DNA from: Octopus bimaculoides
Lineage: Eukaryota
NCBI RefSeq assembly: GCF_001194135.2
Contig: NC_068983.1
Coordinates: 143,799,381-143,838,728, forward strand
Direction: 5' to 3'
Length of the DNA stretch: 39,348 nucleotides
Shown: one piece after another, positions 33,021 to 39,348 of the stretch
Layout of the letters: each line of letters starts with the position of its first letter
How positions within the stretch are numbered: position 1 is the stretch's first letter
Notes under the pieces: generated by a model
What the model saw: only the letters and a program-made list of their open reading frames with translations
Told to the model about the DNA's origin: nothing
Database searches by the model: none
Program-made: the position numbers and the translations under genes

Positions 33021-35134
33021 GTTTGCTTGCTTGAGGACAGGCAAAATAGCAAGTGTGACACATTTTCCTTTATACCTTTTACTCTATTTAGAGAAATGAA
33101 AAGTTTCAAAGATAATAAGTAGAATTCAATATCAAATAGATGTGAGAAGAACTGAAATTTAGAGTTCAGCAAAACTATATCAAAGCGTTCTACTATTGCT
33201 AGCATTTCTGAGGGAAATCAAATGCGAAATACAGTTTTGTCAGACGGCAGAAAATTTCAAGTAATATAAGTGTGTGCAGGTTCTCGCTTAGATCGCTAGC
33301 AGTTGTTCTTGTTATTGATGAGTGAAGATGATAAAAACGATCAATGTTGATTAAAAAATAAAATAGAATAAAAAATAAGTGAAATAAAATTATGATTGAA
33401 AAAGGGCAATTTTTAATGGTTAAAAGTTAATTTAAATAGGTTAATGTCTGGCATGTCCAACTTGTAGAATTAAAGTATTCTACCACTATTACTTCTAATA
33501 ATTAGAAGTATATATAATAGAAATAAGTATAGCATGCACATATGCGGGCACACATAATTTACAACTCTCACGTGCATCTGACGTTTGCCTAGCAATTTGT
33601 TCGCTGCCTTTCGCAGGTGATTCTTGGTTCTACCAACTCCATTTTTTATTAATATACTTCGCGCTTCTGTCTCAGTGATATTTCTTTTTCTTCTATTCTT
33701 CTTCCTCCTATCTTGACAAAGAATATTTATCAGAAGCATCAATTACCTTTTTCTCATTGACAGTGCAGCAACTCTTCTTTATTGCACAGAATGTCTTTCA
33801 GATGCTGGCATCATGAACAAAGGAAACTCGTGTCAACGAGGCAGCCTGTGTATAGTTACTTGGCAGGCCAGAAATAGCATCCTATATTCCTTAAATCGAT
33901 TTGAAAAAGGAAAGAGATACATTGGATAATGTAGCCCTACACATGTAGTACATAAGAAACGGGTGGGATGATCAGGACTAAAACGACTTTGACAGTAGGT
34001 TTCCTCGTTCAGAGAACCTCTAGAGTTCGTGCATAACAGTAATAAAAAGCAAAGAAGTGAAACATTTTTTAAAACTAGACTCTACGAATAGTTCCATACT
34101 GTCTCCTCATATTTTAAACCCTCCCCAATATCAGGCATTCCTCAATCTAATTATTAATCGCATGGATCACCACAAAGGTAGATATCAGTTAATAATATGA
34201 TGCATAATTGAAAAATCTTGCTTTACTAAATACATGTGTATATGCGTTTAAATTAAACCAGCTAGACCTAGGACCATATACATATGGTCCAAGTTATATA
34301 TATATATATATATATATATATNNNNNNNNNNNNNNNNNNNNNNNNNNNNNNNNNNNNNNNNNNNNNNNNNNNNNNNNNNNNNNNNNNNNNNNNNNNNNNN
34401 NNNNNNNNNNNNNNNNNNNNNNNNNNNNNNNNNNNNNNNNNNNNNNNNNNNNNNNNNNNNNNNNNNNNNNNNNNNNNNNNNNNNNNNNNNNNNNNNNNNN
34501 NNNNNNNNNNNNNNNNNNNNNNNNNNNNNNNNNNNNNNNNNNNNNNNNNNNNNNNNNNNNNNNNNNNNNNNNNNNNNNNNNNNNNNNNNNNNNNNNNNNN
34601 NNNNNNNNNNNNNNNNNNNNNNNNNNNNNNNNNNNNNNNNNNNNNNNNNNNNNNNNNNNNNNNNNNNNNNNNNNNNNNNNNNNNNNNNNNNNNNNNNNNN
34701 NNNNNNNNNNNNNNNNNNNNNNNNNNNNNNNNNNNNNNNNNNNNNNNNNNNNNNNNNNNNNNNNNNNNNNNNNNNNNNNNNNNNNNNNNNNNNNNNNNNN
34801 NNNNNNNNNNNNNNNNNNNNNNNNNNNNNNNNNNNNNNNNNNNNNNNNNNNNNNNNNNNNNNNNNNNNNNNNNNNNNNNNNNNNNNNNNNNNNNNNNNNN
34901 NNNNNNNNNNNNNNNNNNNNNNNNNNNNNNATATATATATATATAATAATGGACTCCCCCGTCGTTAGACAATGTATAAGGGTTCGACATTTTCATACTG
35001 AACAACCACACAGATGATTTGTTTATAGTGATCAAATGTTTGTGTAGACATAAGCTCACCCCCTCCATCAAATCGACATTATCTGTACAGGTGCAACTTG
35101 GTGTCACATGTCAGATATCGAAATGATCGCAGAG

Positions 35135-35984
35135 TCTGAGTTCGTGGATGCTGAGTTGAAGGGCACGTTGAAAGCATATGTCAATTAGTGAAGGTGGGTA
35201 GTTCCTGGTGAGGAGTGTATCCTTTAGTTCATGTAGTCGTGTGTCTCTGATGTTTGCATTAGAAACTATAGTACATATCCTTTTTGCAAGGTTGAAGAGG
35301 ATATTCATTCTGGTTTGTCTGAGGTGGCATGAGTTGAACGGTAGATATTGCTTGGGCTTATAGTATATATTTGTTTCTATTACGTGGGCTTATAGTATAT
35401 ATCTGTTTCTGTTATGTTGTTAGATTTCTTAATTAGTATGTCGAAAAGGGGAAGTTGTTGATGTCTATATTCCATCGTGAATTAAATGTTTACATCGAAT
35501 CCATTTATAAGTGCTTGGAATTCTTTAAGTCTCTCTATACTTTCATGCCAAAGAATGAAACAGTCATCCAAGTATCTCTTCCAGTTATTTTCTATGTAGA
35601 GGGAGAATGGGCTGCCGTATTTTTCTAGAACCTTACGATAAAGACTAATTTCTAGATATCCCCTCACTAGGTTAGCAAAGGAGGGGACCATTCTCGTACC
35701 CATTGCAGTCCCCGTTTTTTGTAGATAGAAGTTATCTTTGAAGACGAAGTAGTTTATCTCCAAGATAAATTCTAGCCCTTCTATCACGAATTCTTTTTTG
35801 ATGCGATGTGAGAGTTCGTTGGCATGATTCTCTAACCAGAACTGAATTGCCTCTATTCCTAGGTTGTGGGGGATTTGGAATAGAGGTTGACTACATCGAA
35901 GGATACTAGTAGGGTGTTTTTGTTTATTGTTTCAGGAAGGTGATTGAGCATATCCAGGTCGTCCCTTATATAGCTTTTGACATG
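35135..35984 (-). mobile_element. Penelope-like element RT/thumb fragment (Neptune-like), truncated at both ends
   Basis: Minus: HVKSYIRDDLDMLNHL...LVSFDVVNLYS; FILEINYFVFKDNFYLQKTGTAMGTRMVPSFANL...WKRYLDDCFILW; TDIYYKP; KQYLPFNSCH...NILFNLAKRICTIVS...LKDTLLTRNYPPSLID. No endonuclease present. Confidence 0.9.
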
Positions 35985-36277
35985 GAAAATGGAGACAAAC
36001 ACACAAGATGTTATTTAAATCATTTATATCACCATATCATCGACATGTGTTTCGATTGATGCATTAAAATAAATCCGAGAGGAAGAATAATGCGGAAAAG
36101 TGCATCAATCTTATCAGATAGGCGATTATAAATAACAGAGCTCATCAATAAATCATTTTTACAGATGTAAGAAACTACCATATTTAATATTTTAATGCAT
36201 CAAGCGAAACATATGCAGGTGATACAGTGATATAAATGATTTAAATCACATCTTGTAAGTTTGTCTCTATTTTCCAT
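35982..36277. mobile_element. Foldback/MITE-like element with 90-bp inverted arms
   Basis: 35982-36071 is the reverse complement of 36188-36277 (about 80/90); 116-bp spacer; no TSD seen. Confidence 0.85.
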
Positions 36278-36773
36278 TGTTGTTATTTTCTCCAAATCAC
36301 GTCTCACTTCTCCTCGGAATTAACACTCACGCAAGCGTGATTACTAATTTCTTAGGCACTTATGTGACATTTGGCTACCTTGAAAATGTGTCCCTCTGGA
36401 TCTTTCCTTGTAAACTGAACGTTTATATATNNNNNNNNNNNNNNNNNNNNNNNNNNNNNNNNNNNNNNNNNNNNNNNNNNNNNNNNNNNNNNNNNNATAT
36501 ATAAAATATACATACATACATACATACATACATACATACATACATACATACATACATACATACATACATACATACATACATACATACAAGTATACAGAAG
36601 ATGCATACAGCATACAGAAGATGCTTAAAATTCACTGTTATTTGGAGAAAGAAAACAAAACCTAACGGCAATCATTGCTGAATTATAACTAAAAGAGGAG
36701 ATAATTTAAAGGAGTGAATTAATTAAAAAAAATTTAATCGTTATGCTTAAGAGATAACTGAAGTTTGTCGACT

Positions 36774-37350
36774 TGCAAGCCATTTCTTGTAGAGTATACC
36801 TGGCAACATAACCAAGCCTTGAGCATCCTTGTCGATGCACTAAACACCAATTAAACATCATTAGTACATTGAGGGTCATCCGTGAATTGCATCCTCTTGA
36901 TTACCACAAGGGTAGTGAGAAAGGACAATGCGAGAATGTAGAAAAGTTGAAATTCAGATACCTGTATGATGCTAATGTGTGAAAGTTGCAGGCAGATTTG
37001 AGAGAAGCTCTCATATTTCGAAAGCATATTGCAATTAAAAAGCTTCGCTCTGACTTTGTGGTGTGGTCTGATTTGACAAATCGAGATTCTGAATGTTAAG
37101 TTGATAATGCTTTGAGAAGATAATTTGAGTAGGATAATTAAAGGAAAAATCTAAAGTATGAAATCTGCCAAGGAATTGTGTGAGGCACGAGGATAGCAGT
37201 GTATGTTACTTCCAATACGAATGAGATGTTGTGGATTTGAAGCTAGGTCTACACTATCCTACTTGGCTGCCTAGGAAGAATAGTATAGCAGTGATTTTTG
37301 AGCAGGAGTGGGAAGTAGAAAGTAATTCATTGTGGATATGGTAGAGGTAT
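36774..37350 (+). mobile_element. HERO/NeSL-like RLE-type non-LTR retrotransposon C-terminal remnant
   Basis: CKPFLVEYTWQHNQALSILVDAL (zinc-knuckle end, cf. C...GRYTWRHNQVL); KLQADLREALIF; LRSDFVVWS (cf. LRPD.V.WS); KNLKYE; LCEARG*QCMLLPIRMRCCGFEARS; SNSLWIW*R end. Stops and frameshifts present. Confidence 0.75.
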
Positions 37351-37532
37351 GCATGAGGAAGATCAAACCTGCGAGCCAAAACAAATCATCATCAGTGATG
37401 TTTGCTGTATTGTTGGAGTAATTAAAGTTGGTTCAGTATGATGGCTGCATGGGTAACAGAGGGGAAAACCATGCTACAGTCAAGAATGTGGATAAACAAA
37501 TTTGAATATTTTCCGGTAGCATCGTTGCTGCT

Positions 37533-37577
<45 letters not shown>

Positions 37578-39313
37578 CACTGGTGTTTGTATGTAATGTT
37601 TATATATATGTATGTATGTAGCGAAACATCCAAATTACGTCCGCGGCAGCAATCGTAGAAACAAATAAAGAAATTGGGAGTATCAATAATAATGTTTGCA
37701 GTTGATATCTGGAAAGTTGCTGAAGCAATCTATAAATAGATTTAATAACTATAGTCAGTATTAACGTAAAAGTCGAAATTTTAAATATTATGTGTGGCTC
37801 TAAGTGATCTCGTTAAGTTTACCATTTTCCGTAATGAAACTTTCCATCTTTTCACAATATATGCCATCATAAATAGCAGTTTTCAGTTTAAAATTGATTG
37901 TATATTGGGTTCTACTGTCTTAGTAGCTATCATAATTTCTCCCATGAAATTGTTTTGGAGATTTATGGAAAGAAGTTTAATTAGTCAAAAGAGCACCAAT
38001 ATACGAATAATGCTTATTTTTTTGGGAAATTGTTGATCAAAATCATTTCCATTCAACCGTTATCTCAAAGCAGAGCTGTTAAAGTTTAAAACATCTCAAA
38101 TTTTTATCGAATTCAGGATTGCTATCGCCATTTTCATCAATAGCAGTATAAAAGCTTCCATAGTGTATTAAAACCAAGGAGGAGCTAATTTACATTGTTA
38201 AAATCTGCCGCCCCCTTCGGCGTTTTAATTTCAATGCTTGGATTTTATTTCATTCATACAATTTGGCAGAATGAAAAATTATGAAGTATGCCATATTTTT
38301 TAAAATCTTTCGTTGTAGCTGAAAAAATATATTGATAATAAACCAAACAAAATTAAAAGAAGAATGCTTCAAAATTAAAATCTAACAAAATCGTATTCAT
38401 TATACTATAGCTAGCGCTTTTAAGAGAAATCAAAATCAATATGCGATTTTATATAAGAGAAAATTTTATGTTGTATTTATAATTGAAATGATAAATTAAC
38501 GCTATGCTCCTTCATCCGACAACTTAAAATATTAGAACTTCCTTAAATTCACGTATCTTCTAGTTGTTCATATTCCACAGACATGATATTAAATTATATT
38601 TAGAGAAATCCAGTTACTCACTGAAATTTGGAATGCCATAAAATATTGATTATAACAGAATAGAGATTTATTTAATTAAAAGATGATATTAATACTTGTA
38701 ATTTCCCAATAAAGACAAGATTTTTTCCTTAAGCATGCGAAGTAAATTTTAAAAATCAATTAATTTCTTCAAATTATCTCCCCTTTTCCTAGTAATTCAC
38801 AAACGAATGCCTTTAGGATTTTGTTTCTCTTTCTCCAAATAACTTCATTTCAATTCATTAAGCAATTTTTTTTTGTGCAGGTATTTCAGTATTTCAACAC
38901 CTCCATGATTTATCTTAATCCATTCCATTGAATTATTTCAGTAATTTCCCTTAGCTCAACTGTTTTTAACAGTTTTTGAATTACTGGTCGGCTTCAAATT
39001 TTTGTAACCTTTTTTTCTGTTCGTAAGAACATTTGTCTACAGATCAAACGCATTTGTGCTGACTATAATTCACTGCCGAAGTCAAATAAGACCGAAACAT
39101 GAGTACATATTTGATTTATTTTACTTTTTCAGTTTCTTTGAGAAATTGGTATCAGCTACTTATGTTGCTAAGGGAAACGGCAGCGCCATATTCAGAAAAT
39201 ACAAACGGCTGAACATACGTACAAAAAAGAGTACAAGCAAAATTATGGGACAAAACTACAAGAAAATATTCTAGAATTTCAAGCATCTAAAGAGAAACGA
39301 TTAATATTGACAA

Positions 39314-39348
<35 letters not shown>

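Noticed and set aside
33470-33742. Minus ORF of 90 aa with a basic patch
   Set aside because: No recognisable family and no splice support; insufficient evidence.

Overview
AT-rich, microsatellite-laden, gapped animal genomic scaffold. The repeat families (SINEs with TGGCAGAATCGTTAG heads and (TAT)n tails, RTE ends with (GAT)n tails) look like octopus/coleoid cephalopod; this is from my recall of those repeats, not a database hit. The only host gene I can support is the last coding exon of a mitochondrial folate/FAD carrier (SLC25A32-like, + strand, 10296-10509); no upstream exon was found in the called sequence. Everything else is decayed mobile DNA of at least eight classes: tRNA-type SINEs, RTE LINEs, an R4/Dong-like 3' end, two different Penelope-like elements, a HERO/NeSL-like RLE retroposon, two mariner remnants, several MITEs/foldbacks, and a Helitron into which a Gypsy-type LTR element has inserted. 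Most notable: three type-I minimal hammerhead-ribozyme-like motifs in the first 3.7 kb; a nested Helitron/Gypsy/mariner/SINE stack with a tail-to-tail mini-Helitron; a TTAGGG-filled MITE; and long inverted repeats that could form dsRNA in the carrier pre-mRNA. Most long ORFs in the supplied track are artefacts of microsatellites or N-gaps. I found no convincing novel protein-coding system.
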